From NCBI RefSeq assembly GCF_006345805.1, contig NC_043002.1:29698001-29762000 (forward strand): 64,000 nt of DNA, read 5' to 3'. The notes under the pieces were generated by a model that was given only the letters and a program-made list of their open reading frames with translations, had not been told where the DNA came from and did not search any database. A program made the position numbers and the translations under genes. Positions 1 to 11,520 of this stretch are shown piece after piece. This DNA is from Octopus sinensis. Its lineage: Eukaryota. Position 1 is the first letter of the stretch. Every line of letters starts with the position of its first letter.

Positions 1-64
1 CTTCCCTCCCACCCTCTCCCTCACTCTCTCTCTCTTTTCCTCTCTCTGTCTATATATGTACGAG

Positions 65-107
<43 letters not shown>

Positions 108-1368
108 AAGTATGTACATCTATACATATACATGCATATGTGCGTATGTATTTGTCTCCGCGTACCTAAATCTGTGTATGTGTATCTATCCATATGCCTG
201 TCTTTCTATATCTATATATATTTTATCTCTCGTTACACCTACACCCCCATCCACCCCCCATACACACACACGCACACACACACATTTGTCCAAATATCTC
301 TAGACTGTATGATTCTATGTGCTTGAATGTGCGCTACTGTTAGTGTGGTATATGACAGTTTAGACATATTTTTAATTACACATACTTTCATATAGAAACG
401 CACACATTTATGTATGCATATATATATATATATATATATGTATATATCTTTGTGTGCTCGTCGCTGCGTTATAATTACATATGTGTGTGTGTATTTGTAT
501 GTATGTGCATACATATAACTGTGTATGTGTGTGAGTGTGTATGTAAGTTAACATAAGATTAATGAGGATTTTCAAAGAAATATTTTCATATTTTTTCTCA
601 TTCTTTCACATATGATAATACAAGCGTAGAAGAAAAATGATGAAGCAAAAACATAATGTGGGTGGTAGGAATGGTAGAATTTGTTTATAGGGTACATGAA
701 CGGGTGGTTTCAGGGGTGGGCTGATGTTTGACAGCCTTATACTTACGAGCTGTAATCATCTTTTGTTTTCTTTCTGTTATATTTCGTTCCAAATACATTA
801 GTAACCGTATCTCTATTGAGCGAGCCAGATACCGTGTGTGTATGAGTGTGCACACGCACATACACACGGGCATATATATTCTTATATACAAACACACATA
901 TGTACACACACACACACACACACGCACGCACACACATGACAAGGGTTTCATTTGTTGATTTGGACAGGGAGCCACAAGACTGAAATGTATGAAGAATGGT
1001 TCCTCAAATTTTGAAAGAGAGAAAACGAAGCACAAGATTAAGAAAAGGCATAGAAAGAATGAACTTGTGGAAAACGCGAGAGTGTTGCTTTTTATGTGAG
1101 TGATTTGAGGGACGAAATGCTTGAGTCATGCAGACCTGGTAAACCATCAGAAAGCTCACGGATAATCAACCCATTGTAAATTGTTATAGGTCTATTGTTC
1201 ACAACAGAACAAGTGCAACATGTGGAGAGGTGTACCTTTCAGTTTGAGGATTGAAAAGGCATGTCAAAAGAATTCCTACTGTGGCACTTGCTCCCTCCAC
1301 GAGCCAGCAAAGCTGTGCATTATACAACAGAATGGACAAATCTATGGCCCGGTTCAAGAGTCATACAA

Positions 1369-1516
1369 GTACTTGTTCTATCCGTGTCTTTTGCTGAACC
1401 GCTCAGTTACAAGGACGTAAACACACCAACATCGGTTATCAAACAATGATGAGTGACAAACATACACGCAAATACATACATACATACATACACACATACA
1501 TACATACATACATACA

Positions 1517-1579
<63 letters not shown>

Positions 1580-1650
1580 TTACATATACAACGGGCTTCT
1601 TTCACTTTCTGTCTGCCAAATCCACAGACAAGGTTTTTGTCGGTTTCGGT
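1369..1650 (-). mobile_element. tRNA-derived SINE, family A, partial (3' two-thirds with internal (ATAC)n)
   Basis: Matches the reverse complement of the full copies at 34238-34622 and 59668-60076 (tttgctgaaccgctcagttac...acacaccaacatcggtt; gggcttctttca...ccaaatccac). Confidence 0.75.
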
Positions 1651-1874
1651 TAATTATATAATCAGGATCATATTTCGCAATAGTTCTGAATAGTTTTGAC
1701 AATACAACTATAAATTGTTTTTACTCGGACTAAAACCGCAGTCTATAGCTTTTCAGCCACTTATATATATTCATTACGTTATATTGATGATGTATTTACC
1801 ATTGAGCTGGATCTGTTGAATAAATGACTTTTTGTTCTCTTTATGCGGCGCTTTTTCATACCAGAGTATATTTT

Positions 1875-2150
1875 AAATACTATACGAGGAAGTGCGGAAA
1901 GTTCCTCACAGATTCACACAAATTTCCAGTGTTCCTTCAACTTTTGTAGCCCTGTAAATGAACTCAGAATGTTGGGCCACCAACCAGGACTTTCGCGACA
2001 CTCTTAAAGCCAGGAAGTTTTCCACACCCACTCGTATACTTCAATCTAGTTCTTCTGATTTCGCTTCGATGTGATACAAGTACTTGACATTTGAGAAGCC
2101 CTTACAACAACGACATATCATCGCTCTCGAGGGATGATTTCATGTTGACT
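1875..2150 (+). pseudogene. Decayed mariner transposase fragment
   Basis: ccacacccactcgtatacttcaatctagttcttctgatttc at about 2021-2062 reads, with frameshifts, as the mariner PHPPYSPDLAPSDF motif. A tatacgagg end typical of mariner lies near 1880. Confidence 0.5.
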
Positions 2151-2858
2151 ATCTCAGAGGTACACTGCGTTTTTTAATATAATGCGTGTATAAACGGCGT
2201 TTTTTCCCGTGCGAAAATAGCAGTCTGGCATTTCAACCATGCACATACGTTTGGTATATTGAAGTAGTTATATCATTTATAGGCTTTTGCAATCATTTTC
2301 GTACGTTTGTCATTCAATTTGATAATCGGGCCATTCAGAGTCGCGAGAAAAATTAGCGTCATGATGTTAGTCATTCAAATTCGTTTTTCGGTCATTCAAA
2401 TTCGTTTTTCGATCATTCAATTTCGCACATCGGTCAAAGAAATGAATTTAGCAATTACATTATTCAAATTAAAATGCCCGTCAAGAGCATTCAAATTAGT
2501 CGGAATACGAGGAAACGTCTTTCCGGGCATTCAAATTCCTTTCGGAGCAATCTACTTAACACTTCGAGCAATAAAATTAGCACGATAGCTCTTTTGGTTT
2601 TATTTCATGGCCATTGTTATAATAATATGTTTTCATCCAGCACCCTGTCGTGGCCATGCCTTTTCTATGTATTCTTTTATTTTTGCATAGGTTCATGTAT
2701 TTATTGTTAAAGACTTCATGAAATCGCATTTCAGCCTTTTCAATCTTTTTAAAGAAATTCACAATTAAAACAAATGCTCATTTTCTTTAATATAGAATAT
2801 ATTATGTTGTGATATGTGCACTTCCTTTGCATAATATGTATATATTATATATATTATA

Positions 2859-2918
<60 letters not shown>

Positions 2919-3059
2919 GAGAAAGAACCTCCATAAAGTAATTCAATTAATACTGAAAGATATTATATAAATTTAAATATACTATTATTAACATTGTACT
3001 AAAAAATTTCTATACTAAATAATATACATTAAAAAATACACATTAAAACGACTTTATTA

Positions 3060-4321
3060 TTAATATTGTGCTGACGGTCGAGGCATCTCGCGAGGTTGGT
3101 CTGGGTGTGTGTATACTAACGAACACAATTTTATGGAGTGATAGTTTCGATGTTACGCCTTACGAACTGTTGAAACCTGAAGAGTGGCTATGTATCGTTG
3201 GATTAAAGAAATATTAATTGTTGATTATCAGTTTTGATATTGTAGATTTGTATACATTGTCACGAAACACGCGTCGTCGTTTTCATGTGTATTTTTTTAA
3301 TGTATATTATTTAGTATAGATGTTACGCCTTACGACCTGTTGTATGACATGTGCTCACCATTCTTCCATGGTTAATCCGGCTTCTTTTGCGACTGCCTGG
3401 TCACCAACCCTTTACTACAACTCAGCTCGAGCGAAGTTCCGCTTGACAGGTACCTAAAAAGCAGAATGCGCCACTTCTGTACAATTATGAAACGGCGAGT
3501 AGTGAGACAGGAGTTTCAGACTGATCTGAGTGTCGGCGTCAATTGGTAGCTCGGTACGAACGTGTGGCCGCGCCTTGTCGTAGATCAAATAGACGGATTC
3601 ATCTGGTGGGAATATATTGTCACATGCTCGAAATGTTTCCGTCAAAAACTCCTCGAAAGAGTTTCGTGTAACGGTATCGTTCGCAATGGAGTGGTGAACC
3701 AGGCCGATTTCTCTCGACACCGCGAAAGTAACGTTGCAGTTTTTTCCACGCTGAGGGTTGACAACTCGGGGAACAGGAACGCTTCTAGGGGATCAGCCAA
3801 AAGACCGCTTGCTCGAAATGTTGTACCCACATTCATCAATGAATCCGCAATGGCCAACGACTCATTCTTCCATGAACCAATGCGCGTAGTCATAACGCTT
3901 TTCCAGAATTATTGGGGCATTTCTTGCTTCTGGGACGTCTTCTGCCAACTTCATCGTTATCGACGTCCCATCTGGAGCCCGAGAGATTGCAGCCACGGAA
4001 ACCAGCGGCTGTCCGGGAAATACTGCCTCTAAGTCCCTCTTCATCTATTGAAGGGCTGCGAGCGAGTTAGCATCAGTAACCACCCGAAGCCTGGCTCGCA
4101 TTTCCTCATCAACTTTCACGTGGGGGAGAGGCAGCTCTTCAGGGGAACTTGTGGCGCTTCCCAGACCATAGATAAGTTGCTACTTTGGATCGGGCAGTAC
4201 TCGTTTTAATTGCAAGTGTGTCTGCCAGTTTCAAGTAATCCGTTTGATGCCTCTCGAAGGCGTCAACCAGCTTTGCCCTATATTCGTCCGATATACGCAT
4301 GTACCTTACGCGTGGTTCCAT
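3060..4321 (-). pseudogene. DDE transposase pseudogene (multiple stops, a frameshift and an insertion)
   Basis: ORF-track pieces join into MEPRVRYMRISDEYRAKLVDAF...WFMEE*VVGHCGFIDECGYN...YLIYDKARPH...LSHYSPFHNCTE...QQVVRRNI[insertion]ETITP*NCVR*YTHTQTNLARCLDRQH. The D1 (FIDECG), D2 (YDKARPH) and E (YSPFHNCTE, cf. PYSPFLNPIE) motifs are present. Confidence 0.9.
3173..3278 (+). ncRNA. Type I hammerhead ribozyme fold in an insertion within the transposase
   Basis: CTGAAGA at 3177-3183. Helix II gtggctatgtat (3184-3195) pairs with atacattgtcac (3252-3263) at 11/12 positions. GAAAC at 3264-3268, near-palindromic acacgcgt, then GTC (C3275; a second GTC at C3278). Confidence 0.6.
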
Positions 4322-4829
4322 GGTTACATGTAGGTGTAAGAGAAATGGGTATGAAATGCAACTGATCCCGACTGGTTACGAATGTTGTAGTGAAAAAAAC
4401 TTTCATGGACAGAGGAATCACGTAATTTATTTCTTCCTTCTAGCTATAACAACATAACAAAATTTGCATGACAAAACATGTCATTTAAATTTGCCATTTT
4501 TTACATTCACTTCTTAGAATGTGAGTAAAAATATACATGTAAAATTAGTGCTAAATGCAATAAACTTATTCCGAACTCGAATGCTCGAGTGCAAATCTGA
4601 ATGCTCGAAAAGACACTTCCTCGCATACCGACAAATTTGAATGCTCTCGACGGGCATTTTAATTTGAATGATGTAAATGCAAAATTCTTGACCGAAGTCC
4701 GAAATTGAATGATCGAAAAACGAATTTGAATGACTAGCTTCATGGTGCTAATTATTTTCGCAACTTTGAATAGCACCATTATGAAATTGAAATACAAACG
4801 TACGAAAATGATGGCAAAAATTTATATTA

Positions 4830-5373
4830 AAGATCGTTATTTAATTTAAATTAACGATCTTATACTTATTTATATAAATTTAAATTTATTTCGTCATTGT
4901 ATTTACTGCGTTGATGTTTTAACCATATCGCACATGGAATTTAGAAGCGGGCATTTTAAACTGGTCATGATGCATACGTGCATATATATGTATGTATACG
5001 TTCGTATACGTAAGTATTCGTATGTTGTATTTATATATACATATATGTATTTATGTTTCTCTCTGCGTATATTCCACTGATGAGGCAAAGCATTTCTAAA
5101 TGCAAAGCCAGAAATCCGGGATCTGGAATTATCCAGTAATTTTTTACTAGTTTTATTTTGTCTTTTTGTCTTCTCTCCTTGTGCTATATGAACACTTAAG
5201 GTGGTTTTAGAGTCAGATCCTGGCTGCTATTTTCAGCATGGCGGTATCTCGTAGATACCCTAAGTTATAAATTTAATAATAATTATTACCGTTGAAGATT
5301 TTTATTTCCATGCTGGCCACTTGATAAGATCGTTATTTAATTTAAATTAACGATCTTATCCTTATATATATAT
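4830..5373 (+). mobile_element. About 496-bp non-coding unit with about 45-bp terminal direct repeat, carrying a hammerhead (Penelope pLTR- or retrozyme-like)
   Basis: aagatcgttatttaatttaaattaacgatcttat occurs at 4830-4863 and 5326-5359. A hammerhead lies at 5071-5129 and (TA)n follows the unit. Confidence 0.6.
5071..5129 (+). ncRNA. Type I hammerhead ribozyme fold (minimal, palindromic helix III)
   Basis: Helix I attcca/tggaat is a perfect 6 bp. CTGATGA at 5077-5083. Helix II ggc/gcc is capped by a gcattt/aaatgc hairpin. GAAA at 5111-5114, with an extra A at 5110. Helix III is atccgggat and the cleavage triplet is ATC (C5123). Confidence 0.75.
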
Positions 5374-5414
5374 ATATATTATATATATATATTATATATA
5401 TATATATATATAAT

Positions 5415-5447
<33 letters not shown>

Positions 5448-6444
5448 TTGTATGTATGTATGTATATACACAAACATATTATATACACACACGGATATAA
5501 AGAAAGAGTGAGACAGCAAGTCAGGGACATTAAATCAGATAGAAGCTATCAACTTACAAACACACATTCATACATAACTACATATATTACAAAGACACAC
5601 ACACAAGCACACACACACATACACACAAGCACACAAATACACACACATACACACATGCACGCACACACCGACACACACACACACACACACCGACACACAC
5701 ACACACACACATACATGATATACGAAGAAAATGAAGCAATATATTTTTGGACATTTCAAAACATAATCAAAGTACAAAAGAAGCAGGACGGCCAGCAATC
5801 TGTATGTATCAATATATTTTCGCCCCAGTTATGCTAATGGCTACCACTCTTAGCTTTGACTTACCCTCTCATCATGTTGGAGAGGTTATGTTTCATTCTC
5901 TAATTATAGATCGTGACATGTTATGTTTCTGTCAAATTGTTAATTTCATCTCCTTGTCCGGCAAGCGTTGGAGGTTGATGTCTTTTCACATGTTTTACCG
6001 CTTCCGCGCCGCGCGTGTATGTGGGGAGAGTAAGTGCTTCTAGGTGCATGTGTGTGTGTGTGTATATATATGTGTGTGTGTATATATATATATAAATATG
6101 TATATACATGTACACACATATATATATATATGTGTGTGTAATTGTATACACACATGTGTATATATATACATACATATATATGTGTGTGTTTATATGTGTG
6201 TGTATGTCAGTGTGTGTGTGTGTGTGCGTGCGTGTGTGTGTGTGTGTGAACTTTCTCACTCTCTTACACAGATATTCATACACCTCAATAAAAACACACA
6301 GGATGAAAAACCGTCAACGCCTGGAGTCAGAAAGTATCTTGTATGCCATTCTGCAGGCCGATACATACATACATACATACATACATACTACATACATACA
6401 TACATACATACATACATACATACATACATACATACATACATACA

Positions 6445-6475
<31 letters not shown>

Positions 6476-6789
6476 ATGCATACACAGTGGCTGCCTTCTT
6501 GTATACGAGCAAAGCCATTGCTAGAAAGAATCATTGAAATGACTGCAATGTTAGGCCCTTATCTGACTCTTGAGCCACGCCAATGATTTGCACATTTTAT
6601 TACATAATGCATAGTAGTCGTAGCTGGTACAAAGTATTGGTGCCATAGTATGAAATCTTTTCAAATCTATTTTATGTATGAATTTGGTGACAACTACTAA
6701 CCTTTGTACATATACAGTTACAGAAAGTTCCATAAAAAACTGGGGGGGGGGGCAGGTTGGTACATTAAAAAAGTTTTCTTGAATACAGT

Positions 6790-6975
6790 TCTATATTTAA
6801 GAGATGTGGAATTATGTAATAATAGCATCAAAAAATACCTTCGGTATGAGAACCCAGGCTCGATATTTCCCCAAGACACCTGATGAAGGCTGGAGGGTAT
6901 ATCAGCCGAAACGCTGTGTTAACAACTGTCAAGATAAGGACACATATCTGTCAAATGTAAATAATGTAATTTTCT
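6790..6975 (+). mobile_element. Short Penelope-type repeat containing a minimal hammerhead motif
   Basis: gacac-CTGATGA-a-ggctg(gagggtatat)cagcc-GAAAC-GCT-gtgtt at 6875-6920. The flanks resemble a repeat I recognise from octopus DNA (not verifiable here). Confidence 0.55.
6875..6920 (+). ncRNA. Degenerate minimal type I hammerhead (U16.1 to C)
   Basis: Helix I gacac/gtgtt, core CTGATGA at 6880-6886, helix II ggctg/cagcc, GAAA at 6908-6911. The triplet reads GCT instead of GTH. Confidence 0.6.
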
Positions 6976-7330
6976 TGAAGTTGATTATAAGGCCCAATGC
7001 TGTACATGCTGGATATTCATTATGTGTTGTGTGTCTTTCTGGAAATGTACTTACTGGTCACAATCATCTGCATACAAGAACTCAATGATATGAGAGTGAA
7101 GATCTTTCGATTTGGCAAAAAGTCTTTTGACGTTGAAAAGTTTTCCCATTTTCCTATAACTTATATAGATTTTTTTCAGCACTATCTTCGAAGGCTGTTT
7201 GAATGACTATTGCAAAATGCAGAGCAAGCAAGATAGGAGCAGTTATATTACCCTGTTTAACACCATTTTTCTACAGAAATTTTATCCAACATTAACTCTC
7301 ATCGCCATCCTGTCATGAAATTAAGGAGCA
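6975..7330 (-). pseudogene. RTE-clade LINE reverse transcriptase fragment
   Basis: The minus strand reads HDRMAMRV...NGVKQGNITAPILL...AFED and, after a frameshift, GKLFNVKRLFAKSK...IIEFLYADDC. These match the RTE/BovB motifs GVKQGCVLAP, GKLFNLRRL and LLFADD. Confidence 0.8.
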
Positions 7331-7929
7331 AGAGATTTCTTCATTGAGATTACAAAGTTAAAAACAACCACCGTTGTTATAGCAGCACACAAGACTTGTC
7401 GTAAGAATAAGTTGCGTCATCAACAGTGGCAATAATAACAGCAAAAGGAACAGCGATGGTAGCAGCAACAACGGGCTTCCGCGTCAACAACAGTTGAAAA
7501 AGTCTTCGCCTAAGGACGGCCTCTAACGCTCTTTTGCGATATATGGTAGGATAGCCACCGTATATATAGAGCAAGGCAGTTCAGTATAGTCAAAGTCCTA
7601 TTTAGGGCAGAAACCCTCACAGTGCAATGTTCTGTTGTTTCTCAGCGCAGCAATGATTTCACATTCTTTCCCAAAGTATTTGGGGCTCTCACCAGAGCTA
7701 GCTTCTGGTGTTTACTGTCATGCCTTATTATGGAGGGCATCGAAACTTTATAGGATGTAAAGAGAACGAGGTAGCAGAACTGTTATGGAACCTTCTCCAT
7801 GTAAAGCTAGATCCTCCAGAAAATATTCCAGATCTCATTTCCCTGCCGAGTAGGACGAAACAATGGTTGATAACAGAAGGAAGATGACACAGAAGCAACA
7901 TCAGAGGAACAACAGATCATCTCAGAGTG

Positions 7930-9790
7930 TTCGTCCACACAACCATAATCAGGAAATTATTGGCACTTGTCGATATTTTGGTATGTACCAACCACAAAAT
8001 AACTATTCACGATAAACTTCACTTCATGCGATACAGTATAGAAAGTGTCAATTATAAAATTGGCATAGTTGGGGCCTTGATCAGTTTAGGAGGCTTGAAA
8101 CCTTTCGACAGGGTCGACCATCAGTACAAGGTGAATGTCCTCTACGGCTGGTTTCGGTTCGTCTTCGGAATTTGGACAACTGCAATATACAGCGACATTT
8201 GCTTTCTCTGTGGTCAGAATAAATGCCCATCTATCAAAACGCATCCGTTCTTGTTCGATCCGTGGAGGCTGATAACCTCGTTTCTGTACATGATGGCGAT
8301 TGAGCTACTACTGCAGAAGTGAGAGGTTTTGAGGGACACTCTGTGTGAACTAGGATACTGGAGCATTGTATTAGCAAATTTAGACAATGTCACTGTTATA
8401 GTGTTGAACACCAGATACATCGAGGTAATCGGCACTGCTTGAAAGGAGTACGACAAGTGCAAAGATAACCAGGAAATGTCAGTTGGCCAGCAATTCGGAA
8501 TCTAGAGAAGTAGATTCGTGCAAGCCGACAGCCTCATGAAGTGCTAGAATGATAGACTGGTTACATTGCTCGGTGTTTGGTTCGTTCCAGTACTCCAAGT
8601 GGACAAGAACTGTGGTAAGATGATGGATATGCTGGACAGTCTCACCCAGAAATAATCCGAGAGGAATTTAACCTTAAAAGTCAGAGCAGAAATGGTGGGC
8701 GCCAATAAAAGGATCTTACCATCGTGCTGTGCATTGTTTTCTGAGTAACCAGACTGGAATGCTTGCTATTCCTCTTACTGTGGGAGGGACGGGTTCGCCG
8801 GTCAGATGGTCTATTTTCAGTCAAATTTCGCTTAGTACACGCCGTGATTAATGATGAGTCAATATATGCAGGTGAGCAGGTGTTATCACTGTTTGTCGAG
8901 CTTCAGTCCTGGATCAAGCAGAGTGCCTGGCATCTGACGTATCGGCTGACGCTCATTGCCATCTGCCTGTTGGTCAATGCAATCGGTGAAAAACTCCAGA
9001 ATGGCTTTCTATAGGGGATTAATTCTGGACAAGAGTATTGATGACTTTGGAGAGTCTCTGGTCATCCACGATATTCTACTAGCTGGTTTGTTTCAGAGCC
9101 TATAGATAAATTCCGGAAACCTTTAATGGGCAGTGTTATGGGAGTCACTGCAGGTACGTGATAACCTCTGTAGGCATGGTAGTACCTTCAGGCAAGTCTA
9201 TGGGACATGGTAGTACTTTCAAGCAGAGAAATGAAAGGTCCAGTACGCACTCGTATAGTGCCAGAGTATTGCTCATTTGTCGAAATATATCGAACAGCTG
9301 CTATCACGAGTTATGGGTTGACTCCATTGCAAAGAACGCCTGTCGCATACCATTGTCTGGAAGGTAGCAAATTTTTCTATAGCAAAAGAAATTGTGTGGC
9401 AGGTGAAGCCGAAAAGACTGAAGATAAATACTTTCCACTTCCTCCAAGATTTCATTAACTCTTCCGTTTGAAATGGAAGGTGAAGTTTGGAAGGGATTAG
9501 CTACATCCCAGTAAAACTATAGTGGAAATTGCCCAAATGAATGGACCAAATATAAGCTAGTGGCAAGGACGGATAGGAGTGGTGTGCTTGGAAGCAAGTT
9601 GACCCAGAATATGTGGGGATTTTTGAGTACCCCTCGGTGCCATTTACCTCTTGTGAGGAATTTTGTTGTTACAATTTACTTGTTAATTTTTATTGCTATT
9701 AGTTACACATTTTATGTAAAACCTGACTATTCTTTGCCTTTGTTACGAATAAATGCTTTGCAGGCCTTGAGACTAATAAAGAATGTATCA
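7930..9790 (+). pseudogene. Decayed L1/Tx1-clade LINE (RT and 3' region)
   Basis: DKLHFMRYSIESVNYKIGIVGALISLGGLKPFDRVDHQY resembles L1/Tx1 RT domain 3 (LDQSKAFDRVDH). A downstream DNVTVIV...IEVIGTA segment follows. Many stops and frameshifts. Confidence 0.7.
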
Positions 9791-9950
9791 TCATCATCAT
9801 CATTATCATCATCATCATCATCACCATCATCACCATCATGATACTTCTTTTTTGTAGTTGTAGTAGTATTAGTACTAGTACTAATATTAGCAGCAGCAGT
9901 AGCAGTAGTAGTAGTGATGGTAACACTAATAGTAGTAGTAGTAGTAGTAG
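9788..9950. repeat. Compound trinucleotide microsatellite (CAT)n, (TAG)n, (CAG)n
   Basis: Read directly from the sequence. Confidence 0.9.
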
Positions 9951-10582
9951 TTCACTTGTGTATCTGATTGTAGTTTTGTTATTTTTTTAAAAACTATTTC
10001 TTAAAAAGGGCTACTTATTGTAGCAAATGCATTCAGAAAAATGTGACAACAATGTGTAAAAAAAAGAGGTTGACGACGGAAAGAGGGTGGACCAATGTGA
10101 AGACTTCTGTCAGTTGGTAATGGCGGGGGTGGAATGCTGTCGTCGAAGGTTTAGAAAGGGATATGAAAACACTTAGCAGCAATGCTGGCAATATATCAGA
10201 CTGACCACCATCATGATAACATTAACGGCCATGGTTATTACAAACTACAATAATAACACGAACAACGATAACAAAAACAAAACAATACCTTTTGGCTAGT
10301 AACAGCTATGTAGTTCTTATTACCTGACACAAGGCCGCCGTACCCCCGGCACCACCCGTGTATAAAATCCTTTGAAATACGTAGGCTCATGTTAAACTTG
10401 CTATACCACACAGGTAGGTAGTCGCACACATAATTTATCTGCGAGAAGTTTTGCGTTGGTTAGGTGCTTGCTTTATTTAGTATATGTGTGTATGTGTGTA
10501 TAGAGACATATACTTACACGCACACCCACACGCACATACACAGACATGTACACAAACGAATGTATAAATTCGTATGCATTTC

Positions 10583-10625
<43 letters not shown>

Positions 10626-10636
10626 TATATATAGAG

Positions 10637-10674
<38 letters not shown>

Positions 10675-11419
10675 GGTGGGGAGACAGAGGCAAAAGAGCT
10701 GGATAGACGGAGGAAGAGAGTGGAAAGCATACGTGAATATATGCGCATTAGCACACACGTGCACATATATATGTGTATTGAAGAGACAGAGGCAGCGAGT
10801 CGGTAGAGTCAATCAGACAGATAGACAGACAAGCAGACAGAGAATGCAAGAAAGAGAGGTAGAGAAAAGCTAATTAGCTCGTTAGGTAAAAAGATATTCA
10901 TGCATTTAGTTAGGTAAAGAGGATGGGGATTTAGATATTGGTTTGATTTATTTCAAACGGAAGTCTCTCCCATAGGAGAGAACGACAACGATTAGAACAA
11001 TATAAATTAGGACGAACCTACGAAGGCTATTTTGTGGAGTCACTTCATCTGCTGGAAACAGCGACGATATCTTCTTTAAAATTCACCGCACTATCTTTAG
11101 ATCAAAGGGCACAATGGCTGTAAAACGAGATACATTGGGTCTGAATTAATGCAAGATGGTCACGAGAAGAGCGCTTTTGATTATTGATCTGTTTGACCAT
11201 GTCTAGCTTGAAACTAAAGAACAGCAGCAACAACACAAAAATATAATGAAGGAATAGTAGCCAAATCTCCTTCAATACACAACATATTCTAAAATCTGAG
11301 TCGAACATTTGACGTTCGTGAAATCAGATCGTTGCTAGATTTTCAGCAGATTTAGTCTGAATGGGTCGTCATTCTGATGCTGGGTTAATCCCCAAGTACG
11401 TATTTTCGACTGAGCTTAA

Positions 11420-11520
11420 TTAAGTAATGTGAAAGGAAGTGCCTTGCCCAAGGCACTACTCTTAGTTCTGAGAATCGAATCTTCGTTCTAACCATCGTGA
11501 GATCCACAATCCTAGCCAAT
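11420..11520 (-). mobile_element. Decayed tRNA-derived SINE head, family C
   Basis: aagtgccttgcccaaggca...gagaatcgaatc...accatcgtgag resembles 17505-17590. Confidence 0.45.

Larger units (their letters stand above)
2282..4822 (-). mobile_element. Tc1/mariner-superfamily (IS630/Gambol-like) DNA transposon with about 300-bp terminal inverted repeats and TA target duplication
   Basis: 2282-2583 is an imperfect inverted copy of 4545-4822. TA flanks both ends (2280-2281, 4823-4824). A transposase pseudogene lies between the repeats. Confidence 0.9.

Noticed and set aside
2307-4797. Pair of similar 93 and 96 aa ORFs suggesting duplicated genes
   Set aside because: They are the two terminal inverted repeats of the transposon.
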